This document shows positions 30,701 to 39,893 of a DNA stretch of 64,000 nt, in pieces. The notes beneath the pieces were generated by a model. It saw only the letters and a list, made by a program, of their open reading frames with translations, did no database searches and was not told the origin of the DNA. Source of the DNA: a virus (Duplodnaviria > Caudoviricetes); IMG/VR virus record IMGVR_UViG_3300047557_003487, positions 23 through 64,022 of that record, one strand, 5' to 3'. Each line of letters opens with the position of its first letter. Within the stretch, counting starts at the first letter, position 1. Position numbers and translations under genes: made by a program.

Positions 30701-33700
30701 CCTTTCCAAACAACAACTTCAATTCTTAACACACCATTTATGGTAAACGCCATACAAAATGGGGTTCAGGATTTCAGAAATAAAGCAAAATATCCTTATG
30801 TACAAGCGGCATATTTGTTTTTGAATTCTTTACCATTGGCATCACTGAAGGAGAAATATAAATCATTTAATAACAACACTTCATCTGATTTAGATTACAT
30901 AGCATCTTGTTTAAAAAAGTTTGGTGCAATTCACAAGTTACCATACGCTTGGATTCTTAAAATGGGTTCGGTATATCACAGATATAAAGTATTCAAAGAA
31001 ACAAACGTGGATATTCTAAACACCGCTTGGACAAACTTTGATTACGTAAAAAACTTTTCACCAATCCAAGGTACAACAACGCAAACATATAACGTAAAGA
31101 TAGGTGGACAGACAAAACCAATTACCTTACAAAATGAAACTAATACCGATGTTAATATACAAGTTGGATTCTATCCTAAAGTTATAAATGATTTTTATAC
31201 ATTCCTCACGGGATATGAAGTATACAAAGATTATACGGATACTGAAATTCAAAATACCATAAACGGAGGAATGAAAATTTTCAATTTTTCTGAATCCGAT
31301 ATCCAAACAATTCAACAGACAAAAAGATTGAGGTTATCTACTTGGTCAGTGCTTATTCCAAGTGTAGTGAAGAATGGAATTAAGTGTGACCCGAACGATA
31401 ATACCTTAGCCACCGCTTACACAATTGTTCCTTCTTTTGGTTCGACAGTAAACCAAGCCGCCTTGGAATGTGTTGTGAATCAGAATACACCAACATCTTT
31501 TACTAAAGTAAATTTATCGAACAACCCATCGATGTATAATGGCTCTGTTAGACTTTTTTGGGCGGCACCAAACTATGGTTATTTTGATAATCAGACGTTG
31601 GTAAAACCGTCACCTGAAAGTTACATGAATAAAATTGATAGTAAAAAAAGTAATCAAACACCTTTCAAACTTTCAATGGTTGATGAGTATTCTAAAATTG
31701 AGGAGATATTTTCAGTGTTCGAAAAAAGAGTTTTGGATTCCTTCGAACAAGAGTTTTTGAATTTTTCAAAACCAATAACTGATGTAGATTTACCTGTAAG
31801 TACTCAAATTGGTGCATCATCTGTTGCTATTAACGCCGATTTTAAAAATTTTCAATCACTTTTCAAAAGTTTGTTGACGGTGGTTCCTAAACCATCAACA
31901 ACAAACGACCAAGAATATTTCACAGGTATAATAAATGCTCAGTACCAAAATGTTCAAAACACATTGAGAGGATTTTTGGAATATGATATATTATTCAGAT
32001 ATGGTAATCCATCTAATTACAAGAGAAGAATCGTTGACTCGTATTTGTCTCACAATAGTGCTCCTGTTATAACCGACCCAATAAAGTTCAAGCCATACGT
32101 AAAAGGAACACTTCCTAGCAGAGGAGGAACTATTTCTGTTTCTCAATCAAAGGTTCAAAACCCCGCCGCGTGGTTTGCACTTGAAACAGAGGTTGGATTT
32201 TCAACAATACCAAATGTGGTGTATTCTTCAACTGGTTCGTACATTACAGATTTCTTTATCGATAATGATATCGAGTTCACCGCTGATAATGTTGTACTCC
32301 TAAGTCAGATAATTAAAATGTATGCAACGTACAAACTTAAATTACCGAGTGCGGCGGTTGACCAATTCAAAAATCAAATTCAATATCTAATTAATGCTGA
32401 GGATTTATTACAGGGTAATTTCCTAAATGACTTATTGGCAAGACTTAACAAAGATTTACCAAGTCAGTATCAAGTTCCCCAAGGGACGGTTAATAGTGTA
32501 ATTACAGGTGAACAAAGTAAGATAGAAAATTGGGAGATATTCAAAGCATTAAACGATAAGTGGATTGCAGGGGGTGACTACAAGTCTAAGACATTGTTTG
32601 AAGATATTATGTTCTTGGACAGAGCTTCAAGGAATATCGGACAGACAGTACTAATAGACATATTTGACCTGAAGAGCATGTTAGGAAAAGATTCATTGAA
32701 TAACGCTATGAGTGTTTTCACACTTATGAGTGGTATTCTAATCAAAAACAACTTCACGGTTATGAATCTTCCTGCTTACGTAAACTTCTACAATGTTCAG
32801 GATGTGGATGGAACAACAATACCAAAACCTGAAGGTACATTAGACTTCGCCAACAACTTATGGGGTACATTCCTTAATGTTGATTATAGAAACGCAACAT
32901 CAAAGATGGTGTGTTTTTATGTAGGGAAGCCGTCACAATATTTGGACTTACCTAAAGGAAACTTCAGATTTAGAGATGATGGTTTCGAAATGAGGAGAGC
33001 ATCAGAAAATCCGTTGATTGAGAATCAAGATGGTAAAAAAGATTGGTCTTTATCAAATAAATGTGTTGGATTCAATGTTGATATTGGTATAAGAAATCAA
33101 AACATATTTTATTCATTCCAAGTTGACCAAAGTGCTGGTGTTGCAACCTCAGAATCTATTAACACCCAACTCAATATGGTTAATCAAGCCTCAGGTAGAA
33201 ATGTTGCAACTCAAAACGTTTCATTATATAATCTTTATAAAAACAGAAGTTATAAATGTACTGTAGTTTGTTTGGGTAATGCTCTACTACAGCCGAGTAT
33301 GTATTTTAACTTGAGACATGTTCCGATGTTTAATGGACCGTATATGATACAAAGTATACAACATACGATTCAGCCTGGTAATTTCCAAACATCATTCACT
33401 GGTATAAGACAGGGTATATACGACCTACCTTCAATAGATTCGTTCTTACAAAGTATGAATCAAAATCTATTAACAAAGATTGAGGAAATTTTAAAAATCA
33501 AAAAAGACCAACCACCAGCAATCAAAATTACGGAAGAACAAAAAGCAACTCAGACTGTTCAAAAAGCGGATAACACGCTTGATACACAAAATAGTTGTTC
33601 AACTAAAGTTGACCTTACTGCTTATCAAGGGTATTCAGTACAGGCAGGGGTACCAATTAATATAACCCCTGATGCTTTTGCTGCTAAGCTGTTGGCAACA

Positions 33701-35425
33701 TTACCAGGTCAATCGAATCAACTTCTCAGAACTTACATTTATTGTATATCATATGTAACAAGTTTTGTTAAGAGCTCAAACACAGGTGCGGGTAATTTTG
33801 TTTCTTACAATAATAACTTGGGACTATTATCACTTGAAAATAATTTCCAACCAAGAGCTAACAAATACTTCAAGAAAGAATTTTGTTGTGTTAATGTAAA
33901 GATTGGTACACAATCTCAATCGAAACCAATAGTATCTTTCGCAACCATTGAAGATTATATTAAATTTATGGTTGATAGTTTGAAAGAAAGAGTACCTCAA
34001 ATTGAAAGACTAGGTTTGGATAAATTCTACGTTTGCCACTGGCCAAAAGAAAACGTGTCGGAATCTTATTTTGAGTCTAATTTTGGTGAATTTGAAACTG
34101 TAAGAAAGACCATGGAAGAGGCAATCCAATCATCAGTCAAAGTGAAATTGGTAACTGAAGCTACCGCAGATGCTGTTGACGCTTCGAATAACAGACAAGG
34201 TGGAAGTACGCCTGGTGTTACACCAACACCTACACCTCTTTTCCCATTACCTGGCCAAGTATGTCCTCCTCCTTATATCAACTCATTTGCACCTGCGATT
34301 GGATTCACAGGAACTCAAATGGTTATAAATGGTAGAAACTTAGACACAACAACAAAGGTATTCTTCAAAGAGGGTAATTCACAATATGAAGTTGAACAAA
34401 GGTATATTACAATTATTGATGCTCAAACATTAAGAATTGTTGTACCTAAATTTGCTGATGGTACACAGGTTAAAACTACAAATCTTGCAGTACAAACAAG
34501 TTATGGTACCTTTACAACTGTTGGTACGTTTAAATATGACCCAGCGGTTCCTGCAAGTGCTGCATCATCTCCTGGTTCATTTGTTAATGGAGCATCAGGT
34601 ACTCAAAATCAAAACATATCAAATACAAATCCAACGGTTCCAGCGTTGATTGAGACTCAAAGAACAACGTCACCAAATCAAACTACTGATTTAATTAGAG
34701 TGGACGTTGCTCCAAATGTTGGGGTGTGGACGATAAGTGCAACACAGACATTGACTTATTCTTATAAGAAAATAACAAGGGGTCCAAACAACACAGTAAC
34801 AAAAACAGAAAAATATAAGGGGAGTCAGTCACTTACAGGATTTGTTTCAAATAACGGACAAACATTCCAGTTCACAAAAGCCGCGGCTGAAGTGGTTCTT
34901 AATGGAGCCATACCACAAATAGATAGAGTCAACGGTGAAGTAAACTGCCAAATACAGGTAACAGCAATACCTGCAGATAGAGTAAAAAATCCACAGAACC
35001 AAACACTTTCATTTAATTTCAATTACGTTTACCCAACACAAGTCACTAATAACACTACAGAACCTGGCTCTCTCGTAATTGTTCAAGAAACAAGTAGTGG
35101 TGAATTACCAAACTTCTCAGGTGATAACTACTACAATATTAAGAAAGGACCTGGCGGATACATTACTTTGAAATTTAGTTGTACGAACCTAATAGAAAAA
35201 GGAGCTTTTGCACTTACATCAATTCCAGACTTAGTTGACCAACAAATTAGAATTACAAATAATTCCGATACAAAGTATACAAATTTGATTGAAACAAATG
35301 CAATAGGTAGGTTCCAAGCAAGTGTAAGGTATAAATCAAGTGATTTAACAGTCACCTTCCCGAACACAAGTACACCCGTACCTGCTAATGCGGGTGCTAC
35401 GAGTCCGATAATTACTTTATCTTAA
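27704..35425 (+). CDS. giant baseplate hub-like protein (2573 aa) with a C-terminal IPT/TIG domain
   Basis: LGNALLQPSMYFNL..VPMFNGPYMIQSIQHTIQPGNFQTSFTGIR resembles the gp27/gpD hub C-terminus; PYINSFAP..G.TGT...INGRNL is IPT/TIG-like; follows the LysM wedge gene. Confidence 0.58.
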   Translation: MAGNVQADNSGNIYVEFDYNNIIVVDPNKTIDSLGKIRERLVDHENLVMYANLEAELLPRTKLAIGASPEDRVRIVSIAKMDFLKPTKDSYLGTGYYDELTGDNTTKFKGVNQMMSQTVVPKDGTKPYVVEKPSDLTSVLDNGLLGITNISVDTNLSFVPSVRISLEDVQGRALFQLGNNSPYAAFFNLPYPPFYLTLKGYYGQAIRYQLNLEKFNARFNTFSGNYQIDLDFKGYKFNILNEVAMGHLIATPHMYSQQFNVSAQPVGPQQTNREQQTSVATQVGAANQVNDGRQSEGTVQVTSERGYQKIKEVYSEYKSKGLIPPDFPEYTLVQFINKLDLFEQNVANKFAKADVDPLTNIRGYKQVLTNYFGTSANRGVRAGETSWFSDYLNPAPIILNNGDRTYMYKELNLETKLAATNQLESIIKQYNELLAKNPTLGAGGAAPIPNPININTVKIKAPNADAVNWTATTIAQTGIYKPTEQDVNRIKGEFERFTKPIYKTEIVNGKETLVDIRAPFFVFEGDGRFDKQIQLLEAQANKKLSQFEDQITKKLLEKIESGTEGIGFKPTVRNIMAVLMASAEAFIRLLDDVHNNAWNVKYDPVRKKAILNNPSSASGSDTVDDLKLTQTAIEQSTGLKYAEIPVYPWPQFFIETPEDKKGRFQLKYPADPSVVELTQGWDYSKWPEVEFVEEYMRGITQKFNPPLTPEPLDNQQDTNIININAIEFPSEGIAYVNKEEIKFFYEIWERQLLTSRYSNFVRANGNQVDEIIKLNTEAEASNIVTSLGLNAPYITMKLKNYGLNSTNYRAFLENISNGGTGRAWQDFIRDFFVTPYIRNLTENSFSILDINEFGKIPQLFTKSAALQKLVTNSTNEPNITDTIPFTDSVWVTDNMADGKTAQGTNVYNTNKVLTVFEPRKIISNFNDVYNFDEKRPVTNFSYKNTNNNPYPIVSATNLNQTGLNDFYRIRIDSGNFIATEGVYVHFAPSFQLFGVTNPIPFQTTTSILNTPFMVNAIQNGVQDFRNKAKYPYVQAAYLFLNSLPLASLKEKYKSFNNNTSSDLDYIASCLKKFGAIHKLPYAWILKMGSVYHRYKVFKETNVDILNTAWTNFDYVKNFSPIQGTTTQTYNVKIGGQTKPITLQNETNTDVNIQVGFYPKVINDFYTFLTGYEVYKDYTDTEIQNTINGGMKIFNFSESDIQTIQQTKRLRLSTWSVLIPSVVKNGIKCDPNDNTLATAYTIVPSFGSTVNQAALECVVNQNTPTSFTKVNLSNNPSMYNGSVRLFWAAPNYGYFDNQTLVKPSPESYMNKIDSKKSNQTPFKLSMVDEYSKIEEIFSVFEKRVLDSFEQEFLNFSKPITDVDLPVSTQIGASSVAINADFKNFQSLFKSLLTVVPKPSTTNDQEYFTGIINAQYQNVQNTLRGFLEYDILFRYGNPSNYKRRIVDSYLSHNSAPVITDPIKFKPYVKGTLPSRGGTISVSQSKVQNPAAWFALETEVGFSTIPNVVYSSTGSYITDFFIDNDIEFTADNVVLLSQIIKMYATYKLKLPSAAVDQFKNQIQYLINAEDLLQGNFLNDLLARLNKDLPSQYQVPQGTVNSVITGEQSKIENWEIFKALNDKWIAGGDYKSKTLFEDIMFLDRASRNIGQTVLIDIFDLKSMLGKDSLNNAMSVFTLMSGILIKNNFTVMNLPAYVNFYNVQDVDGTTIPKPEGTLDFANNLWGTFLNVDYRNATSKMVCFYVGKPSQYLDLPKGNFRFRDDGFEMRRASENPLIENQDGKKDWSLSNKCVGFNVDIGIRNQNIFYSFQVDQSAGVATSESINTQLNMVNQASGRNVATQNVSLYNLYKNRSYKCTVVCLGNALLQPSMYFNLRHVPMFNGPYMIQSIQHTIQPGNFQTSFTGIRQGIYDLPSIDSFLQSMNQNLLTKIEEILKIKKDQPPAIKITEEQKATQTVQKADNTLDTQNSCSTKVDLTAYQGYSVQAGVPINITPDAFAAKLLATLPGQSNQLLRTYIYCISYVTSFVKSSNTGAGNFVSYNNNLGLLSLENNFQPRANKYFKKEFCCVNVKIGTQSQSKPIVSFATIEDYIKFMVDSLKERVPQIERLGLDKFYVCHWPKENVSESYFESNFGEFETVRKTMEEAIQSSVKVKLVTEATADAVDASNNRQGGSTPGVTPTPTPLFPLPGQVCPPPYINSFAPAIGFTGTQMVINGRNLDTTTKVFFKEGNSQYEVEQRYITIIDAQTLRIVVPKFADGTQVKTTNLAVQTSYGTFTTVGTFKYDPAVPASAASSPGSFVNGASGTQNQNISNTNPTVPALIETQRTTSPNQTTDLIRVDVAPNVGVWTISATQTLTYSYKKITRGPNNTVTKTEKYKGSQSLTGFVSNNGQTFQFTKAAAEVVLNGAIPQIDRVNGEVNCQIQVTAIPADRVKNPQNQTLSFNFNYVYPTQVTNNTTEPGSLVIVQETSSGELPNFSGDNYYNIKKGPGGYITLKFSCTNLIEKGAFALTSIPDLVDQQIRITNNSDTKYTNLIETNAIGRFQASVRYKSSDLTVTFPNTSTPVPANAGATSPIITLS

Positions 35426-35453
35426 ACCAATATATTTATATAAAAAGAATTTT

Positions 35454-35678
35454 ATGGATTTAAAATCAACATTGAACAACTACCTTGGTAAGTCTGTTAA
35501 ATTTTCAGAAGAAGATTTAGGGGATGGTACCAAACAAGTTTGCGATTTGGAAACAGGTGACTGTTATGTGGTAAGAGAAAGAGATGGTCTTATTGAAAGA
35601 GCAGGTCATATGCAAACAGCAAACAGAAAAGTAAGAGTTGAAACCGCTAGAGGTATAAAACAATTACTAAACGACTAA
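35454..35678 (+). CDS. hypothetical protein
   Basis: 74 aa ORF preceded by TATTTAT at 35433-35439. Confidence 0.7.
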   Translation: MDLKSTLNNYLGKSVKFSEEDLGDGTKQVCDLETGDCYVVRERDGLIERAGHMQTANRKVRVETARGIKQLLND

Positions 35679-35683
35679 TAGAT

Positions 35684-36370
35684 ATGAGTTTGGATAAGAA
35701 AATATTAAGCGAGATTGAACGTTATAGACAAATAAATAAGTATATAACTGAGCAAGCAGTTCCACCACCGCCTCCACCAGGAGCAGATGCGGGAGCTGTA
35801 CCACCACCCCCACCACCAGCGGGAGGGGCGGTACCACCCCCACCAGGAGGTGCGGTACCAGGTGCTGAAGTCGCACCACCAACACCAATAGATGTTGAAA
35901 ACGACCCTGATGTTGAAAAAATCGACGACGAGGGTAAATCAGAGGAAAAAGGTGGAGGAGAATCAGGTACAGAAGAACTTGATGTGACTCAACTTGTTGA
36001 CTCACAAAAAAACATTGAAACTAAACAAGAAGAGTATTTCAATAACTTATTTGGACAACTCAACAACTTGGAGTCAAAATTAAAAGAGATGGATTCGCTT
36101 ATGAATAAGTTGAACTCTCTTGAGATGAAAATTGAAAAATATAGAGATAAGACTCCACAGGAAAAACTTGAGTTGAGAACATACGATTCATATCCATTCA
36201 ATCAAAAACTATCTGATTTTTTTGAAGATAAAAAAGATGAGATGGAAAAGACAGGAAAAAATGATTATGTTTTAACTGCGGACCAAGTTACTGATATTAA
36301 TGTAAATGATATCAAAAACTCGTTCCAACCAGGAAAAATGGATAGTTACGACAACGAATTCAAAAGATAA
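35684..36370 (+). CDS. proline-rich acidic coiled-coil protein (possible head scaffold/internal protein)
   Basis: Poly-Pro tracts, acidic linker, heptad region LNNLESKLKEMDSLMNKLNSLE; ILSE and ITE motifs near the N-terminus. Confidence 0.55.
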   Translation: MSLDKKILSEIERYRQINKYITEQAVPPPPPPGADAGAVPPPPPPAGGAVPPPPGGAVPGAEVAPPTPIDVENDPDVEKIDDEGKSEEKGGGESGTEELDVTQLVDSQKNIETKQEEYFNNLFGQLNNLESKLKEMDSLMNKLNSLEMKIEKYRDKTPQEKLELRTYDSYPFNQKLSDFFEDKKDEMEKTGKNDYVLTADQVTDINVNDIKNSFQPGKMDSYDNEFKR

Positions 36371-36375
36371 AAAAG

Positions 36376-36399
36376 AAAGGGACTGAAAGGTCCCTTTTT
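36376..36399 (+). terminator. Rho-independent terminator
   Basis: AAAGGGACT-GAAA-GGTCCCTTT followed by TT; GNRA loop. Confidence 0.75.
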
Positions 36400-36402
36400 A
36401 AT

Positions 36403-36431
36403 TTGACTAATAGGGATTTCCCAATTATAAT
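36403..36431 (+). promoter_or_regulatory. sigma70-like promoter for the replication block
   Basis: TTGACT-N17-TATAAT, 25 nt upstream of ATG 36457. Confidence 0.65.
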
Positions 36432-36456
36432 TAATAAACAATTAAAACACTTTAAA

Positions 36457-37314
36457 ATGAGTAATGTATTAGATGCCGTATTGGCGCAGTATGAAAAAAA
36501 CCAAATCGGGGGCGGGGCCCAATCCAAAATGTCGCAAGACGAAAGAATGAAAAAGTATTTCGCTTTAATCCTTGGGGATAAAGAGAAATCAGGTCAGAGA
36601 AGAGTTAGAATTCTTCCTACAACAGATGGTTCCTCACCATTCAAAGAGGCTTGGTATCATGAAATCCAAGTAGGTGGTCAGTGGCAGAAATTCTACGACC
36701 CAGGAAAAAACGACAACGAGCGTTCTCCACTTAATGAAGTTTACGAAGAGTTGATGAGTACAGGTAAGGATTCCGATAAGGAACTTGCTAAGCAGTACAA
36801 ATCTCGTAAGTTTTACATCGTAAAAGTTATCGACCGTGATAACGAAGCTGATGGACCAAAGTTTTGGAGATTCAAGCACAATTACAAAAATGAGGGTATC
36901 CTCGACAAGATTATTCCAATTTGGAGAAACAAAGGTGATATCACTGACGCAGAAACAGGTCGTGACCTTATCATTGAACTTGCTAAGTCAAAGACTCCAA
37001 AAGGAAAAGAATACACAACTGTTTCAGCAATCATGTATGATGACCCAGCTCCTGTGTCTCAAGACAAAGACCAAGCTAAAGAGTGGGTTAATGATGAGTT
37101 GAGTTGGACAGATGTATACAGCAAAAAACCTGTAGAATACCTTGAAGCAATTGCAAGAGGTGAAACACCAAAGTGGGATAACGAAAAGGGTGGATACGTT
37201 TATGGTGACTCAACTGTATCAGAAGAGTCATATGGCGGAACATCTAAGTCTTCTTCTAAGAAGATGGTTGACCCACAAGCAGACGCTGAGGTAGATGGTG
37301 ATTTACCATTCTAA
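36457..37314 (+). CDS. single-stranded DNA-binding protein (T4 gp32-like)
   Basis: RVRILP, KFYIVKVIDR, GPKFWRF, GRDLII and acidic tail ending DGDLPF. Confidence 0.85.
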   Translation: MSNVLDAVLAQYEKNQIGGGAQSKMSQDERMKKYFALILGDKEKSGQRRVRILPTTDGSSPFKEAWYHEIQVGGQWQKFYDPGKNDNERSPLNEVYEELMSTGKDSDKELAKQYKSRKFYIVKVIDRDNEADGPKFWRFKHNYKNEGILDKIIPIWRNKGDITDAETGRDLIIELAKSKTPKGKEYTTVSAIMYDDPAPVSQDKDQAKEWVNDELSWTDVYSKKPVEYLEAIARGETPKWDNEKGGYVYGDSTVSEESYGGTSKSSSKKMVDPQADAEVDGDLPF

Positions 37315-37325
37315 TTAATTAATTT

Positions 37326-37359
37326 GATGTTCCCGACATCTCTGTCGGGAACATCTTTT
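37326..37359 (+). terminator. terminator hairpin between SSB and recombinase genes
   Basis: Perfect 13-bp stem GATGTTCCCGACA-tctc-TGTCGGGAACATC followed by TTTT. Confidence 0.75.
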
Positions 37360-37370
37360 ATAAGAACAAT

Positions 37371-38372
37371 ATGGCAATCAAAAAGAACGATTTTTCAAAC
37401 TTAAAAAAGAAGTTTTCAACTTCTGCAAAATATAAACCTCAAAGGTTTTTGGACTTAGGTCCTGACTTTTTGGATGCAGTTGGACTTCCAGGTCCCGCAG
37501 TTGGACATATCAATATGTTCTTGGGTCACTCTGATACGGGTAAGACCACTGCAGCAATCAAAGCCGCTGTAGACGCACAGAAAAAAGAAATCCTCCCTGT
37601 ATTCATTATTACAGAACAAAAGTGGAGTTTTGACCATGCCAAGATTATGGGATTCCAATGTGAGGAAGTGGTAGACAAAGAAACAGGAGAACTTGATTGG
37701 GATGGATTTTTCCTATTCAACAATAACTTCAGTTATATAGAACAAATTACAGATTACATCAACGAACTCCTTGATGCTCAAGAAAAGGGAGAGTTGAACT
37801 ATAGTCTTTGTTTCATTTGGGATTCAGTAGGTTCTGTACCTTGTAAGATGACTTTCGAAGGTAAAGGTGGTAAACAACACAATGCTTCAGTACTATCAGA
37901 CAAGATTGGTATGGGAATCAACCAAAGAATTTCAGGCTCAAGAAAGTCCGACAACGAATACGAAAATACTCTTATCATCATTAACCAACCATGGGTTGAA
38001 TTACCTGATAATCCTTTTGGACAACCAAAGATAAAAGCTAAAGGTGGTGAATCAGTATGGTTAAACTCATCTCTCGTTTTCTTATTTGGAAATCAAAAAG
38101 GTGCGGGTACAACAAAGATTACCGCAACGAAGGACAAACGTTCAGTTAAGTTTGCAGTAAGAAGTAAGGTATCTGTGATGAAGAACCACATCAATGGACT
38201 CGGTTTTGATGACGGAAAGATTATTGTTACACCTCATGGATTTTTAGCAGGAAAAGATTCAACAGAAGAGAAAGCTTCTATTGAAAAATATAAGAAAGAA
38301 TATGCTGATTATTGGAAAGATATAATCGGCGCGGATGGTGATTTTACACTTACAGAAGAAAAAGAAGATTGA
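37371..38372 (+). CDS. RecA/UvsX-like recombinase
   Basis: Walker A GHSDTGKT, Walker B FIWDSVGS, IIINQ, KGG and KNH. Confidence 0.85.
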   Translation: MAIKKNDFSNLKKKFSTSAKYKPQRFLDLGPDFLDAVGLPGPAVGHINMFLGHSDTGKTTAAIKAAVDAQKKEILPVFIITEQKWSFDHAKIMGFQCEEVVDKETGELDWDGFFLFNNNFSYIEQITDYINELLDAQEKGELNYSLCFIWDSVGSVPCKMTFEGKGGKQHNASVLSDKIGMGINQRISGSRKSDNEYENTLIIINQPWVELPDNPFGQPKIKAKGGESVWLNSSLVFLFGNQKGAGTTKITATKDKRSVKFAVRSKVSVMKNHINGLGFDDGKIIVTPHGFLAGKDSTEEKASIEKYKKEYADYWKDIIGADGDFTLTEEKED

Positions 38373-38395
38373 TTGTTCACCCTTAAATTGAATAT

Positions 38396-39397
38396 GTGAC
38401 GAAGACATTGTTGGTGGATGGGGATAACCTATTCAAAATTGGATTCCACGGGGTAAAGGAACTCTATAGTGACGGCTCCCACATTGGTGGGGTGTATCAC
38501 TTCATTAATACACTAAGACGATTTTTAGAGGAGCACAATCACGATAAAGTGGTTGTATTTTGGGATGGTGATTCCAACTCTTCAATACGCAAATCAATTT
38601 ATCCTCAATACAAGGGTAATCGTCGACAAGACATGAATGAGTACAAATACGAATCTTACTTGCAACAAAAGGCAAGAGTAAAGACGTATTTGGAGGAGGT
38701 GTTTGTGCGACAGGTTGAAATGGTGAACAACGAAGCCGATGATTTGATAGCTTACTATACACAAGTTGCCATTGACGAACAAATCATAATCTTTTCAGGA
38801 GACAAGGACCTCACCCAACTAATATCAGAAAGAGTAACTATTTTTTCACCCGTAAGTAAAACTTACTATAAGAACGGGGACAAGATATTAATCAACAAAG
38901 TTGAGATACCTCACTATAACGTTACACTAACAAAAATCTTTACAGGAGATAAGTCTGATAACATCGATGGTATTGAAGGGTTAGGTGAAAAGACTTTGGT
39001 TAAATTTTTTCCTCAATTGCAGGAAAAACCATGCACTATCAACGAAATCCTAATTAATGCACAAAATATCCCGCAGAAAAAACCTATCAAAAGTTTATCT
39101 AATATTTTGACTGGACGTACCAAAAGCGGTATACTTGGTGAAGAGTTCTACAGAGTAAATTCTAAAATTGTTGACCTTACAAATCCTCTGATTACAGATG
39201 AAGGAAAACAATTGGTAGAACAAATCCACACCGATACAATAGACCCCACCGACAGAGGATATAAAAATTTGATGAGACTTATGATGGAAGATGGTCTTTT
39301 CAAATACCTTCCTAAAAATGATGAAGCTTGGGTAAACTTTCTCAAGCCATTTATGAAATTAACTAGAAAAGAAAAACGAAACAATAACAAAAATTAA
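38396..39397 (+). CDS. 5'-3' exonuclease/flap endonuclease (PolI N-terminal / T4 RNase H-like)
   Basis: LLVDGDN, YKGNR, EADDLIA, SGDKDLTQL and GDKSDNIDGIEGLGEKT. Confidence 0.93.
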   Translation: MTKTLLVDGDNLFKIGFHGVKELYSDGSHIGGVYHFINTLRRFLEEHNHDKVVVFWDGDSNSSIRKSIYPQYKGNRRQDMNEYKYESYLQQKARVKTYLEEVFVRQVEMVNNEADDLIAYYTQVAIDEQIIIFSGDKDLTQLISERVTIFSPVSKTYYKNGDKILINKVEIPHYNVTLTKIFTGDKSDNIDGIEGLGEKTLVKFFPQLQEKPCTINEILINAQNIPQKKPIKSLSNILTGRTKSGILGEEFYRVNSKIVDLTNPLITDEGKQLVEQIHTDTIDPTDRGYKNLMRLMMEDGLFKYLPKNDEAWVNFLKPFMKLTRKEKRNNNKN

Positions 39398-39402
39398 AAA
39401 CT

Positions 39403-39852
39403 ATGAAAGAGCAAGAAAGCACGAAGATGGAGTTTCTATTAACTCTAAACGACAACATTGTTGTTCAAAGATTTTTCAACGTAAGAGGGTATGTTCCCAA
39501 AGCTAAAAATTCTTTGGAGTTACATGAATTCGTCAAAGCTTTGAGTGAAGAACTTCACTACTATCTCAAAATGAAAACAGTTGTCTACATGATGGAGAAT
39601 CAAGAGGCAATAATTCACGACCCAACAATTATGGAAACTTCATTCACTGAAGGTCCTGAAAACTTCAACATTTACATCAAGGTTGGGGACACAGTGTTGA
39701 ACCACAGACAGTTTGATGGAAAACTTTACCCACCAAAAGTGCGTTACACAGTTGATGTTAGACCATTCTTAAAAGAGGTTTTGAGAGAACTCACAGACAT
39801 CTTCTCAAGCAAAAAATTAACTTACAAATATTTGGAACTTGACCTCGCTTAA
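39403..39852 (+). CDS. hypothetical protein
   Basis: 149 aa ORF in the replication operon; no recognised motif. Confidence 0.75.
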   Translation: MKEQESTKMEFLLTLNDNIVVQRFFNVRGYVPKAKNSLELHEFVKALSEELHYYLKMKTVVYMMENQEAIIHDPTIMETSFTEGPENFNIYIKVGDTVLNHRQFDGKLYPPKVRYTVDVRPFLKEVLRELTDIFSSKKLTYKYLELDLA

Positions 39853-39893
39853 CAAATATTTAAAATAATACAGGGGGGTAAGAGACGCAATAT

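Noticed and set aside
36403-36456. TTG start for the SSB gene given in the ORF track
   Set aside because: The TTG is part of the -35 box; ATG 36457 in an A-rich context is the more plausible start.
38394-38399. ATGTGA start-stop minigene overlapping the GTG start of the exonuclease
   Set aside because: A single 6-nt occurrence is easily due to chance; no supporting evidence.
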